From Camelus dromedarius (Eukaryota), in contig NC_087437.1 in NCBI RefSeq assembly GCF_036321535.1, positions 26,042,001-26,106,000 of the forward strand: a stretch of DNA of 64,000 nt, written 5' to 3'. The translations under genes were made by a program, and so were the position numbers. Below the pieces are notes generated by a model, which saw only the letters and a list, made by a program, of their open reading frames with translations, did not search any database and was not told the origin of the DNA. Numbering within the stretch: position 1 is the stretch's first letter; every line of letters starts with the position of its first letter. Positions 12,798 through 25,651 of the stretch are shown here, piece after piece.

Positions 12798-12974
12798 CAG
12801 CACGCCCCCTCCTATGATGCCGGAGAAGAACCACACAAAGCGGCTGAGATGGTCTCCCGATGCGTACTTTGTTTCCCCATTGGGAAAGTAAAGCAGAATA
12901 TTAGCTACAATGCAGAGGACAGCGAGCCACACCAGGGAGTGTCCGATGCATCGCGCGCATTTCCCGTAGCACAT
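12798..12974 (-). CDS. TM4SF1: TM4SF1 coding exon 1 (177 nt, codons 1-59)
   Basis: Translates [59 protein letters not shown], the TM4SF1 N-terminus. Kozak context CACCACCATG; donor CTG|GTAAGT at 12797, phase 0. Confidence 0.97.
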
Positions 12975-13069
12975 GGTGGTGTAGTTCAGTTTTTCACCCC
13001 TTCACTCTGCGGCTCACTGATGGCCCAGATCAGATGAAAGCGTGCCCGTCTGTAGAGAAAGCAAAAGCA

Positions 13070-13270
13070 ATTCTCAGTTCATTCCTGCAGCCTCTTAAAT
13101 ACTCTGAGTTCTTAGTCACCGGGTGGATGAGGTCCTTGGCTTTCATTGGTCCCGACTGCAGGCTCCGGGTGGGGTTGGGGGGAGCTGGGGGAGTGTCCCG
13201 CCCGTCACATGAAATCCTTGGGACAAGCGAAACCAGGGGCAGGACGTGAGAAACAGCCTCAGTCATAGGC
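13070..13270 (-). promoter_or_regulatory. TM4SF1: TM4SF1 core/proximal promoter
   Basis: On the minus strand: TATTTAA TATA-like box (13101-13095), CCAAT (13149-13145) and a GGGCGGG GC box (~13203-13197) in canonical order; locally CpG-enriched. TSS inferred near 13070. Confidence 0.7.
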
Positions 13271-15129
13271 AAGAGGGAAAATGATTAATCCTCAACAAGG
13301 AATTCACTGTGTAACTCCTTCATGGGATGGAAAAAAAAAAAATCAACAGGAAAGTCTAATACAACTTTCCAGTAAGTGCCAAGCGTCCGCAGGGTGACAG
13401 CCCTGGTTGAGGCTTTTGAAAGACAGTAGGCTGTGATTTTACTCCTCGTAGCTGTCTGGACGGCAGCCAGTCTGAGGGCTCTGTGTTCACTTCCACCTCT
13501 GCGCTGATTTAATCTGAGACCTGGGGCAAGTCTACTGAGCTCTGAGCTTGTGTCCTTGTCTATTAAAGGCAAGGTGTCCGAGCCATCCCACACAGATTTA
13601 AGGAGGCTGCGGAAAATGACCCAGCTGCCTTGTCTCCCCTGCTTCTAGTATGCTCTGCGGGATGTCACCTGCTGTCCAGCTTTCCTGGACATCTGCCTCC
13701 AAAACAAATCTGGCACCAAAACAAAGGTGGCATTAGTCAACACAAAGGGCTCGGGCACCTTTTGATTCCTGAGGCTTGCTGTCAGGAGAAGTGATGCCAG
13801 GAAGGGCCAGAGGAGACCTAAAGCCTAGGGGAAGGATAAAGAGAAGCAAAAGAAAGAGAAAGAAAGGAACAGATGAGAAAGGAACTTGGCAAACAGAGTA
13901 GGGAAACAAGATGGAGAGAGCCCAGAATGACTGGGAGAAACACACGTGGCTGAGGAGGGCATGGGGCAGGAGGCAGTCCACCAGCCAGACCCCAAGATGA
14001 GCTGTCGCGGGCTCAAATGGAAAGGCAGAGAAAGGGTGCTAGATTAACTTTCTGACGTGGTTATCTTGCAGAAGGAGGGGTCGGATTCTGAATAAGCTTT
14101 GCCCTGGAATAACAGGTGACACAGGCCAGCTGGATTGGGGAAGGACAGGTGGCCAGATGGGGCCAGGACTGGAGAGGCCCCCTTCCCAGGATGGAATGAT
14201 GAGCACAGAATAGAGGCAAAAAGCCAAGACACAGAGTCATTAGTTTAGAAGAAGAAGGTGAGCCTGGCTGGTGAATCTAGAACCTCAACCTGAGGCCAGA
14301 TTCTAAAGGATTTGGACCAAATGTAGAGGACAGGATACACAGCAACTTTAAGGGGCCAGCTGGGTTTGGTGACATGGGATCTGGAGTGGGAGGAGGACCC
14401 AAGAGGATGCATGGCCTCAGCCTATTAAGAGGGGTGTGTATCCAGAGGGGCTGGAGGAAAGAGATGGATGGAAAACTGAGTGCAGGTAGGGAGGCCTGGA
14501 ACCACCTACATACTCAAGGGTAGGGAGGCAGGTCTTTACAAGAACATCACACTCCATCACCACTGTGTGTTCAACAACCGGGCAAGTGTGCCCTCTGTCC
14601 TGGCTTCAAGTCTTACGGGAGACAGGATTCCACAGGTGTCAGGGCTTGGGGTGGGCCGTGCAGGTGAATGACAGGGTCCTTTGTTGAGGCGTCATCATTC
14701 TAAACCTCCACTCTGCGGATCTATCCCCCCTGAAACCAACATGCAGGAGAGCGATCCTTTGGTGACTTTGCCTCTAAGTGCTTAAATCCCCTTCCTCCTT
14801 CTCTTCCTGACCCTTGCAGGGAGAAGAGAGTGAGGGGCTTGGCAAGAGAAAATCTGGGGTAACAGCCCAACTCTGCTGTTATCAAGCTTTGAGGATCAGG
14901 CAAACCATGTACATCCCTGGGACTCTGTCTCCTGCTCTCTGAGACAAGGGGCAAGCCTTGATCAGTGGTTCTTAAGTTCCTGAGAGTCTTGTAATGATAT
15001 GGACCCTCTCCCAAAAAAAAAGAAATATACCAATATGCAATTGGTACACAGGTTTTCATTCCATTCCTGAGGGTTCATGGACTCTGAAGTTTGTTAGTGG
15101 ATTCTCTTCCACATTTCTCAAGATAGGGG

Positions 15130-15281
15130 CTGTCCAGAGGTTGCTTAGCATCACAGAGCAGATTCTTGGTCCCTCACTCAACATAATGAGTACGAATTTC
15201 TGGGGGTGAGACTGATCATCTGCATTTTTTTACAGACATTTCAAGTGAGTCATATGTTCACTTAGGTGTGGGGCTCACTGG
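15130..15281. mobile_element. MER5-like hAT MITE
   Basis: GCAGATTCTTGG...TCTGGGGGTG...ATCTGCATTTT...AAGTGA...CACTG layout typical of MER5A. Confidence 0.6.
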
Positions 15282-15939
15282 CCTGGTCCACGGCTCAGGT
15301 AAGTATCATTTGTATCAGATGTTCTCCAAGGCCACTGTCACTGGCAATGGCTCCTCAGCTCTGGCCAGACATACAATGCACGCATGAACTGTGGGGGATG
15401 TGTTGCCATTCAGCGTAGGGCACTTTCAGGCTTGAGCTGCCAAAAGTTTCTCGTAATATGGAGTCCCTCCCCCTTGCCCACTCTCCTGTCATTCTATATG
15501 GCTCCCTCTGCTTCTACCCCTCAGCTGATAACCTCAAGCAGGGTCTTCCTGGTTTGGGTTCTTGGTTTAAGACCAGAGATGGTTTTCTGGACAATTTCTT
15601 TAACAACTTGGCTCTGGTCCTAGCCAGACTTTTCCCTGCAGAGGACCATGGCCTTTCTCATAGCTGTGAACTCAGTTTTCTGTACAGAGCTGCTATCTCC
15701 ATGGATTTCATTCCACTCTCCAACTCCCACCCCTAGTGCTGCCCCCACCTCTACATTCCTGTCTTCCGTGTTTTGATCCTCATCTTCCTCAGGAGCTTCA
15801 AGCTGCAGGATTCTGCTCATCCATCCTCTCAAAGAGGTCCCCTCCGAGGACCCCATCTGACGATGCTGTGCCCGCTCCCCAGTTTCTCTTCATCACACTC
15901 CCCTGTTCTACTGTCATCCCAGAATTTATCATCCCTGAA

Positions 15940-16120
15940 ATTATTGTGTATTCACTTGGTTCCTTTTCCATTGTCTGTCTCCGCTCCCCTCCCCTCTGAC
16001 TATGGGACCCTTTCTGCCGTGTCCACCATTATTTCCTCAGTGCCTGGGACAGTACCCAGTGTGTAACACGTGCTCTATAAATACTTGCTGAAAATTGAAC
16101 GAATAAATAAATGAATCAAT
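15940..16120 (+). mobile_element. L2 3' end
   Basis: CAGTGCCTGGGACAGTACCCAG...TGCTCTATAAATACTTGCTGAA...GAATAAATAAATGAAT, the L2 terminus. Confidence 0.7.
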
Positions 16121-18369
16121 GGATTTTTAAGCCTACTGCTAACAGGCTGGTGGCCCAGTCCCTGCACTGTTAATTGTCTTTGCCTGTCTGTGAGTTCCCC
16201 ATCTCCCTCCCTCCCTACTATGTTTTCTAAGTGCCTGGGACGCAGTAGAAAACAAAGAAAGATCTCTGTCCTTAAGGAGAGTCCATTTTATCAGAAGGAG
16301 TGAGACAAATAAAAAATAATGCTAAATAAATAAAGCACATTGTGTGTTGGTGATAAGTGCAGGAAAGGGGAATGGGTGAGGAAGAGGGCCTCCTGCGACA
16401 GGATAATAAAAGAGAGCCGCATCACAGGGCTGTGATGCGTGAAGTGAGTCAACGTGTGTGAGGCATGAGGCACCTGGCATTTAGCAATTGTGCCGTAAAT
16501 GTTACTTATTATGCTCATCAACCCAGTCTCCCAGGTAAGATGTCTCTGCTCCACTTATGATTCATTTTACCCATGCCCCTGGGATTCCATCAGTCCAATA
16601 TACTCTGGATCCTTTTATTATCTTTTGTGACTAATGTTTAAATACTAGAGTTCCTACAGTTATTAAAAGCTCACTTTTATCTCCCTCATTCCCTCTGGAA
16701 TCAGTCTCAATCTATGAATACCTTTGAAAAGAATGTCCTTTTTTTTCTGCACCACAGAAATGCAGGTCCCTGAGCCCTGGAACCAGTTCTCAACCCCATG
16801 TTTGGAGTTTGCCGTCCCACTGCCCAGAGGGCCCTGTTTTTTCTTCCTGCCTTGGTCCATCTGCCTGGCTTTGCCCCCTTGGCTGAACTCATCACTTTTT
16901 CCATGACAGTTTCCATCACACCCCTGCCTGCCTCCAAGACCTGCTCATCATTCCCATTTTGTCCTTGAACACAACCCATCAGCGCCAATCAGACCACAAT
17001 TCCCTAATGTGTCTCCACGTCAGCCTCCCCAACTCCACCGAGGTCCCAGAGAGCAGCTTCTCCTTTCTCCTTTGAAGGCACAGCAGCGATCACAGTGTCA
17101 GGCATTTAATTGGCTCCCAATAAATGTGCGAAAAATTTTGTTCAAATAAATAGGGAAGTTCAATGGGTTTAGTTCTAAGATGATTTGTTTTTAAGCAAAG
17201 TCAAAATGTCTTATGAAAAGCTAGGCAAAATTGGCATTTACTATATTTAAATTTGGAGGATTTTGGTTTTAACCATCATTCACCTGAGCAGCTGTTACGT
17301 GCCGCTTATAATTAGCTCTCTTAACCATTTGGTGTGTGGAGTGTGACTTCAAGAATAATTCCAAAGAAAATTTCTTTTGATAATATATAGTGCTGTATGA
17401 GCCTAGGTTGTCATGTTGGAAGACACCTCAGCTGAGTGAGTGGTTCAATTCAACTCCCACCTCTTCACAGAATCTTTATGGCCATTTTATAGTTAAACCT
17501 ACAGGGGTTAAAAACTCTTCCCAATGTCATTTAGCTAATGGGTAGTGGAAACGAGTTGCCTTTAAGAACTAATGCCAATAGTCTATGGTTCTATGTGGTT
17601 GTGCGGTGCTAAGAGGAAGATTTGAACTCAGATCTCCTGCCTTCTTGTTGTTTCTTTCACATGTATTTTGTCTCTCTTGTTGGGAAAGCGCCAGTTTCTC
17701 ACTCATTTGACACTTGAAGAACATAATAATTCATACGTTGTAACCATCCTCATTAGTCTTTTGATTGTAAATAACAGAAGCCAGTTCCAGCTGCCTTCAC
17801 CCGAGGGACATTCATTATGAACTCCAAAGGTAGAGATGCAGATGGGACAACAGGAGCCATGAACAAGGGGAACCAAACTCTGTAGGAAATCCAGGATGTC
17901 CTCCTCACTCTCCATCTTATATCTTTGACTCTTCCATCCATAACTTCACTCTTCTTAATGCAAACTCGTTTTCTCTCTTGCACAAAAGAACATGGCTACT
18001 GGCAATATCCAAATTTATATTTTTCTCTGTTCGAAAGACCCACCCCAAACCCAGTTCTGAAGGAAGGGAGTTCCATTGGGCAAGACTGGGACACGTGCCC
18101 ATCCCTCTGGGGCCTGAATAACATGGCTGCCGGGGCACCAAGTAGCTGGAGGAACAGGCCTTCTCAGGAAAAGGTGAGCGCTGGACCAGGTGGAGAAGCC
18201 GGGAGCTATTCTTTATTTGAAACTATAATCAGGGCATCAACCACAGTAAGAGGAAGGCAGAGAGAGGGGGCGGTGGTAAGCCGTCCTACCTGCAGCTTCC
18301 TGGCTTTCCCCTCACTTTAGATTGTAGCTCAGTTTATTCCTGGGTTAAACATAAACTTCTCAGCAAACC

Positions 18370-18900
18370 CACAGTAAGATATCAGTTCATACCTGTCAGA
18401 ATGGCTATCATCAAAAAGACCACATATAATAAATGTTGGTGAGGATGTGGGAAAAAGGAAACCCTTGTACACTGTTGTTGGGAATGTAAATTGGTGCAGC
18501 CTCTATGGAAAACAGTATGGAATTCCTCAAAGAACTAAAAATGGAATTATCATATGATGCAGCAGTTCCACTCCTGGGTTTATATCTGGAGAAAATGAAA
18601 ACATTAATTAGAAAAGATACATGAACCCCAATGTTCATAGCAGCATTATTTACAATTGCCAAGACATAGAAGCAACCTAAGTGTCCATCAACAGATGAAT
18701 GATAAAGATGTGGTGTATGTATACAACGGAATATTACTCAGCCATAAAAATAATGAAATTCTGCCATTTGCAACTGTGTGGACGGACCTAGAGAGTATTC
18801 TACTTAGTGAAATAAGCAGACAGAAAAAGACAAATACTCTGTTATCACTTATATGTGGAATCTAAAATATAAAACAAACAAATGGATACACAAACAAAAA
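18370..18900 (+). mobile_element. L1 fragment (ORF2 C-terminus and start of 3' UTR)
   Basis: GTCAGAATGGCTATCATCAAAAAG...GGGAATGTAAATTGGTGCAGCC...GCAGCATTATTTACAAT...TCACTTATATGTGGAATCT. Confidence 0.92.
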
Positions 18901-20096
18901 AACCAAGCTTCTTGGCCCAAGATTAAACTAGAGTTCATCTGTACACTCATCCATTTGCTCCTTAGTTCCCTCATCCCCACCTGATAGTTTTAGTTCAACA
19001 TCTCACAGCTGTCACCTCCCCCCCTCATTAAGTCAGGGCATCTCCCCGGCCTCATTGCCATTTTCGGACAAGACACCTCCTGGGATGCCTGCTCTGTGTT
19101 CTGAAGCTCAGGTTGTTGGTCTGGGTGTCCCTTCTTTGGGGCTGGCTGCTCAGAAGGGCTGGCCTGCCCCTTTGCCGGACGGTTGAGCTGAGGGCGTCCA
19201 GAGCAGGCCTGTGACAACCAGCACACAAACACTTCACGGGAGGAAGACTCTTGTTTTCTGGTTTGAATATCTCTTCCTTGAGTTTTGTAGCAGAGCTTGG
19301 CATGTGAGATGGTAGAAGGGTTCAGAGACCATCTGATTTCAATGGACAGTGGTTTTTAAAACCACACACACCGATTCAGCCCAAGGGAAACAAGGGCTCT
19401 CTGGAGGGGCCAGAAATCTGCATTTTAAGAAGGCTCCCCCAAGTGAGTGTAATGCATAACCAGAGATGAAATCCACTGATGCAGGTGGCCCAACTTTCTA
19501 GTTATTTTATAAATAAGGCCATTGAGGTTTGGAGGGATGAATTTCAGTTTAGAAGAAAAGCCGCAGATTAAATTAAAACAAAAACAAACCCTAAAAAAAT
19601 GAAAACTGATGAATTCATCTGATTGGTCAACCAGGTGGTTTGCTTTGTGGTTCTCTTTTACTTCCCCAGATCCCAGCTGCCTTTGGGGAGGATGACAAAA
19701 ACTGTTAACCAGTTACTCTGCATCAGAGGAGGAGGGAGGGACAATTATATAGCGTATAGACAATTACATATCCTCCCACGTTGTAATTGGACTTTATAGC
19801 TGTCTGGTCAGGAGCCGTTTCCAGGTGAGAAAACTGAGGATCATGCAGGTCAAGTATGAAGATTAAAGTCACAGGGCTGGTGAGTGACACTCAGGACTTC
19901 TCCTAGTGAGGTAGGTACCTCTGCCTCAGGCATTGACACTTTCGGCTTTTTTCTACTACTTCACAACACCCTCTCCAGTGAAAAATGACCGGATTTAACG
20001 ACTTTTTATTTGGCGTTTGTGAATAACATGATTTCAAGACGTTAGCCATTTGGGTTCTACTTTAATTAGTGAAATAACTTTAAAGTTAACCTGATG

Positions 20097-20362
20097 GCAG
20101 CGGGTGGGGAGGGATAAATTAGGAGTATGGATTAACAGATAAACACTACCATATATAAAATAGATAAACAGCAAGGATTTACTGCATAGCACAAGGAACT
20201 ATATTCAAAATCTTGTAATAACCTATAATGGAAAAGAATTTAAAAAGAATATAGATATATAAATATATATGTATAACTGAATCACTTTGCTGTACACCTG
20301 AAACTAACACAATATTGTAAATCAATTATACTTCAATAAAAAAATAAATAAAATTTAAAAAA
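20097..20362 (+). mobile_element. 5'-truncated artiodactyl-type L1 3' end with TSD
   Basis: L1 3' UTR plus A-rich tail, flanked by TAAAGTTAACCTG at 20081-20093 and 20363-20375; TT/AAAG target. Confidence 0.9.
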
Positions 20363-20873
20363 TAAAGTTAACCTGGTGTTTTCAAGGGGGAAGACTTTGC
20401 ACCAGTTTGGGTTGAATATTCGGAACCCTGGTAAACAGCACAAGACTTAGGCTCTGGCCAGTATTCAATAAACTTAGATCCGTTGTAGCAGAACAGAACT
20501 ATCAACTGTCAGACATGTACAACATTAAAAATTTTAAAAAGAGAGTTACTTAGTAATTTATTTTTTCCTAGATTCAGTATAGGAGAGAAATAAGAAAGCC
20601 TATTTTCATTTCCTTCACCCCGGTCTAATGTGTAAAAGAATTTGCCCACCTGGCCTTGGAGCTTATATAAAAATATGCTTCCCCCCCTTTTTTTTTTCCC
20701 AGAAAGGTTGGGGTGAACTCTCTCCCCTCCTGCTTTCCTGTCATTTAAAATTCAGCCCAGTGGGGCTTCTGTCAGCTGGCAGTCGATGTTCACACAAGGA
20801 AGTGAAGGTGTTTGGCTCAGAGCTGATTTTTAGACACCACTTTCCAGGGACCCCTGGAGTCCTGGACGGGGGA

Positions 20874-20900
20874 GTGTGTGTGTGTGTGTGTGTGTGTGTG
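20874..20900. repeat. (GT)n microsatellite
   Basis: About 13 GT units. Confidence 0.9.
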
Positions 20901-21251
20901 GTGTGTATGGGTGGTTGAGTTCTAAATAAAAAATCTTCGTGCTGTACATTTTCTAGTCTTTTCTACGACTTCAGCACTTTCAGAGACTTAGATTGAAGCA
21001 TAAATAAGAGGCATTGTGAGCATTCTCCAAGTAATTATTCCTAGTTGGTGAGTTAATACCGCACTTAGACCTCATGGCCTTGCGGCTCTCAGTTAAACTG
21101 GTTTTGTGGCTGTCAGTCAAACTCCGACATGGCACATTTCCCACTGATACTAAATGAGCTGAAAACTTGAGTTATTGTTGATTTTGCCTTAGGGAATTTT
21201 ACCAAGAACAGCATTTACAGCGGTGGAGCAGTTGTGGGGGTGGTGTATACA

Positions 21252-21290
21252 TGTGTGTGTGTGTGTGTGAGAGACAGACAGACAGACAGA
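21252..21290. repeat. Compound (TG)n(GA)n(GACA)n microsatellite
   Basis: Seen directly in the sequence. Confidence 0.85.
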
Positions 21291-22339
21291 TACTAAGGAA
21301 ACATGACAGATCTGGCTTGGCTCCAAGGCTCGGTTCTGGCCGAGGTGGACGGTTGACCTTACCTTCTACCTCCCTGTTCATAGTTGGCACCTGGCACTGA
21401 CGCAGGAGAACTGAAGGCCTAGTAAGCACTACCCAAGCATCTCGTCCAAACACTATGTCTCAGATTTCCTCCCCAGATAGGGAGTTGAGATTCTAATTAG
21501 CTGAATCATCCAGCGACAACTCCCTTCATTGTGTTAGGTTACAAAAACACGATCACGTACTATGGGAACGCTGCTGGGAAATTCATTCCATTTTCAAGTT
21601 AAACCGTTAGCCTGGCCTGTTTCAAATGACTAAAAGATTCTAGAGTCATGATTTTTCAACGATGCCTTAACAGTGATTTGGAAATCAGTTTTTCAGCCTT
21701 AAAAAGCAAGGAAAGCTTGAGCCAGATTTGTAAAGGGACTGAAATACCAATTTGAAACATAAAAATCATCTAGAATATTTCTAATACATTTGTTTCAAGC
21801 CCAATAAGAGCCAAATAGGCTTCTTTAGTGAAGACCCTTCAGGAAAGCTGGCCCCACCTGTAATTAAATCAGGAATTTGGGGTAGAGATACCAGCTGTCA
21901 AGAAGACATCACTAAACAGTAGGCTCGGGATGTGGAATCCCTGCCCTGCTGTGCGTTTGCTTTGCAGGAGTAGGTTCTGGCTGCCCTCACTCCCTGTCAT
22001 GAGAAAACAGGCGAGAATGATCACAGGACCTAGTTCTTCTTGATCTTCTCCTCCTCCGATTCCCTGACTGCCTTCTCAATGGTCTTGGTGTCTTCTGCGA
22101 TGACTTGATGTATTTAGGGATCAGAGTCTCCCAGACACAGAGTCACATCTAGGTTTGACACCAGGCTTGTGTGATTTCCTTCCTGACTGTTTCTTTAAAT
22201 GAAGAAGGAAGAACATGGACAGAAATGAGTGGAAAGCATTCTTTTTCTCTCGAATCACATGTGTGACATTTCATAGGGAGGTCTTCTAGCTTCTCACAAT
22301 GTATTCAGGATAATTTAACAGTTATTGTAGGGAATTCTT

Positions 22340-23970
22340 TTTTTTTTTTTTAACATTTTTTATTGATTTATAATCATTTTACAATGTTGTGTCAAATTCC
22401 AGTGTTCAGCACAATTTTTCAGTCATTCATGGACATATACACACTCATTGTCACATTTTTTTCTCTGTGAGTAATCATAACATTTTGTGTATATTTCCCT
22501 GTGCTATACAGTGTAATCTTGTTTATCTATTCTACAATTTTGAAATCCCAGTCTATCCCTTCCCACCCTCCACCCCCCTGGTAACCACAAGTCTGTATTC
22601 TCTGTCTGTGAGTCTATTTCTGTCCTGTATTTATGCTTTGTTTTTGTTTGTTTGTTTTTGTTTTTCAGATTCCACATATGAGCTATCTCATATGGTATTT
22701 TTCTTTCTCTTTCTGGCTTACTTCACTTAGAATGACATTCTCCAGGAGCATCCATGTTGCTGCAAATGGCATTATGTTGTCGGTTTTTATGGCTGAGTAG
22801 TATTCCATTGTATAAATATACCACATCTTCTTTATCCAGTCACCTGTTGATGGACATTTAGGCTGTTTCCATGTTTTGGCTATTGTAAATAATGCTGCTA
22901 TGAACATTGGGGTGCAGGTGTCATCCTGAAGTAGATTTCCTTCTGGATACAAGCCCAGGAGTGGGATTCCTGGGTCATATGGTAAGTCTGTTCCTAGTCT
23001 TTTGCGGAATCTCCTCACTGTTTTCCATAGTGGCTGCACCAAACTGTATTCCCACCAGCAGTGTAGGAGGGTTCCCCTTTCTCCACAGCCTCTCCAGCAT
23101 TTGTCACACTGCCCAAGGCAATCTACAGATTTAATGCAATCCCTATCAAATTACCCAGGACATATTTCACAGAACTAGAACAAATCATAATAAAATTTAT
23201 ATGGAACCATCAAAGACCTAGAATTGCCAAAACATTACTGAAGAGAAAGAAAGAGGCTGGAGGAATAACTCTCCCAGACTTCAGACAATACTATAGAGCT
23301 ACAGTCATCAAGACAGCATGGTATTGGTACCAAAACAGACATATAGACCAATGGAACAGAATAGAGAGCCCAGAAATGAACCCACAAACTTTTGGTCAAC
23401 TCATCTTCAACAAAGGAGGCAAGAATATACAATGGAATAAAGACAGTCTCTTCAGCAAATGGTGTTGGGAAAACTGGACAGCAGCATGTAAAACAATGAA
23501 GCTAGAACACTCCCTTACACCATATACAAAAATCAACTCAAAATGGATTAAAGACTTAAACATAAGACAAGATACAATAAACCTCCTAGAGGAAAACATA
23601 GGCAAAACATTATCTGACATACATTTCAAAAATTTTCTCCTAGAAGAAATAAAAGCAAGAATAAACAAATGGCACCTAATGAAACTTACAAGCTTCTGCA
23701 CAGCAAAGGAAAACCAGAAGTAAAGTAAGAAGAAAACCTACAGAATGGGAGAAAATTTTTGCAAGTGAAACCGACAAAGGCTTGATCTCCAGAATATATA
23801 AGCAGCTCATACGACTCAATAAGAAAAAAATAAACAACCCAATCCAAAAATGGGCAGAAGACCTAAACAAGCAGTTCTCCAAGGAAGACATACAAATGAT
23901 CAAAAAGCACATGAAAAAATGCTCAATATCACTAATTATCAGAGAAATGCAAATCAAAACTACAATGAGG
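22340..23970 (-). mobile_element. Young 5'-truncated, 5'-inverted L1 insertion with 14-bp TSD
   Basis: Poly(T), 3' UTR and ORF2 C-terminus on minus (22340-~23106); an upstream ORF2 segment on plus (~23107-23970); TSD TGTAGGGAATTCTT at 22326-22339 and 23971-23984. Confidence 0.95.
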
Positions 23971-24383
23971 TGTAGGGAATTCTTAAAGAAAAATATTTCC
24001 ACAAGAGGATGAAGATCCCTGACAAATTCACTTTTTATTTGTTTTTCTACAAAAAAGGTTGATGAAGGTTTCCCCCTCATTTTCAGAGCTTCTGATCAAC
24101 ATGAGGATCATTCATTCAACAGTTACTGAGTAATTACTGCACGCCAGGCATGAGTCTGAGAACTTTACACGTACATCTCACTAAATTCTCACAAGAACCT
24201 GTTATAAATACCATAGTGTTAATACCATTGCAAGTAAAATACACATAGCACCCAGATATTGGCTTCTAAATACTACTCTCCAGTGAAAGGAACCAAGACC
24301 CTTTGATGAAATGGCTGATTCTAGGGCTGAAGCAGCAAAACACAAAATGATTCTGGAGTATCTTGTGTCAGTGCTCAGTGTTC

Positions 24384-24870
24384 TATTACGTAACGGCCAG
24401 TCAGGTGTGGCCACAAGAGGAGACACAGGAGAAGGTGGGGAAAACAAAATGTATTATACTCACACTCCTAGAAACAGGATGCCACACTGGGCCGCATGGA
24501 AAGGACACCAGGGTGGTCAAGAGGCAGAAGGGGCAGGAGTGAGGGAGGGCCTAGGGCACTGTTAGTGGAGTTTCAAGGCCAGGCAAGGAAGGGCAAGGTC
24601 AATTTAGGATTGGCTAGTTTGAACAGTTTCAGCAAGCTCTACATATAGGGATGGTCCCCAGTTGCCTGGCACCTGGCCTTGGGATGGTTAAGGCAGAGGA
24701 ATATTGCCTCCCGGAGTCATGGGCCAGATATGGCACATCTGGCTCTGGATTAATTAGTTTGCAAGTCAGAGGTATGCTGGCCTTTGCTATCTGTAACAAC
24801 TGGCTAGCCCCAGCAGGGGTAGCATCTCCCCAGCCAGGAAGGTTATTAAGATGTTGAAACATCTTATGAT
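24384..24870 (-). mobile_element. ERVL-type solo LTR (MER54/74/76 group)
   Basis: AGGATTGGCTAGTTTGAA...GTTGCCTGGCACCTGGCC...AAGGCAGAGGAATATTGCCTCC as I recall from this LTR group. Confidence 0.6.
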
Positions 24871-25215
24871 GGATCCTGTCAAAAGGGCCAGCTTTAAAGG
24901 GATGCATTTGTTTCTACTAATGTTCATTGTTTCAAATCAGGGACAATGAATAATAGTAATGGATTATGACTTGAATAAAATAAGAATTCACAAGTTCATG
25001 GAGATATTAATTAGTTAAAAGTTTGATGAGAATGCAGTATTGACATTGTATCAAAAAATCTTCCTTCAAAAAGGCTTGGTATTTATAAAGGGGAAAAGAG
25101 TAACTGGGGAAGTCTGGTAGACACAACCTTAATCAAGCAACCCAAGTTAACATGACAGATAGTAAGACTAATGGATATTGTGAACCACCTGGTAGGATAC
25201 AAGGAGGACACAGCA

Positions 25216-25651
25216 TTGCTGTGGTGGACTTGAACATGGCCCCATAATCCCCATCTCCTGGCATGCATGTTCTTGTGTAACTTCCTCATCATGAGCGTAG
25301 ATGGGACCTGTGACTTCCTTCTAATTAATAGAATACGGCAAAGGTGATGGGATGTCATCCTGCGACAATCTTATGTAAGCCTCCATCTGGCTCTTCACTG
25401 ACTTTGAAGCCATGAGCTCTGTAACCAAAAAGAAGTAAATCCTACCAACAACCTGGGTGAGTTTGGAAGCAGATCCTTCCCCAGTAGAGCCACGAGGTGA
25501 GGACTCAGCCTTTGACTGTACCTTGATGCTAGCCTCACAGAGCTAAACTGAGTCCAAAGTCCTGACCCACAGAAACTGTGAAATAGTAAATAGTGTTGTT
25601 TTAAACTGCTAAATTTGTGGTAATTTTTTGTGCAGTATAGAAAATCAATAC
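25216..25651 (+). mobile_element. MaLR MLT1-type solo LTR
   Basis: GGGACCTGTGACTT...ATAGAATACGGCAAAGGTGATGGGATGTCA...CCTGACCCACAGAAACTGTGA...GCTAAATTTGTGGTAATT. Confidence 0.85.

Noticed and set aside
22683..24012. ORFs of 76-119 aa with real protein-like sequence
   Set aside because: These are fragments of L1 ORF2 in a truncated, inverted insertion, not host genes.
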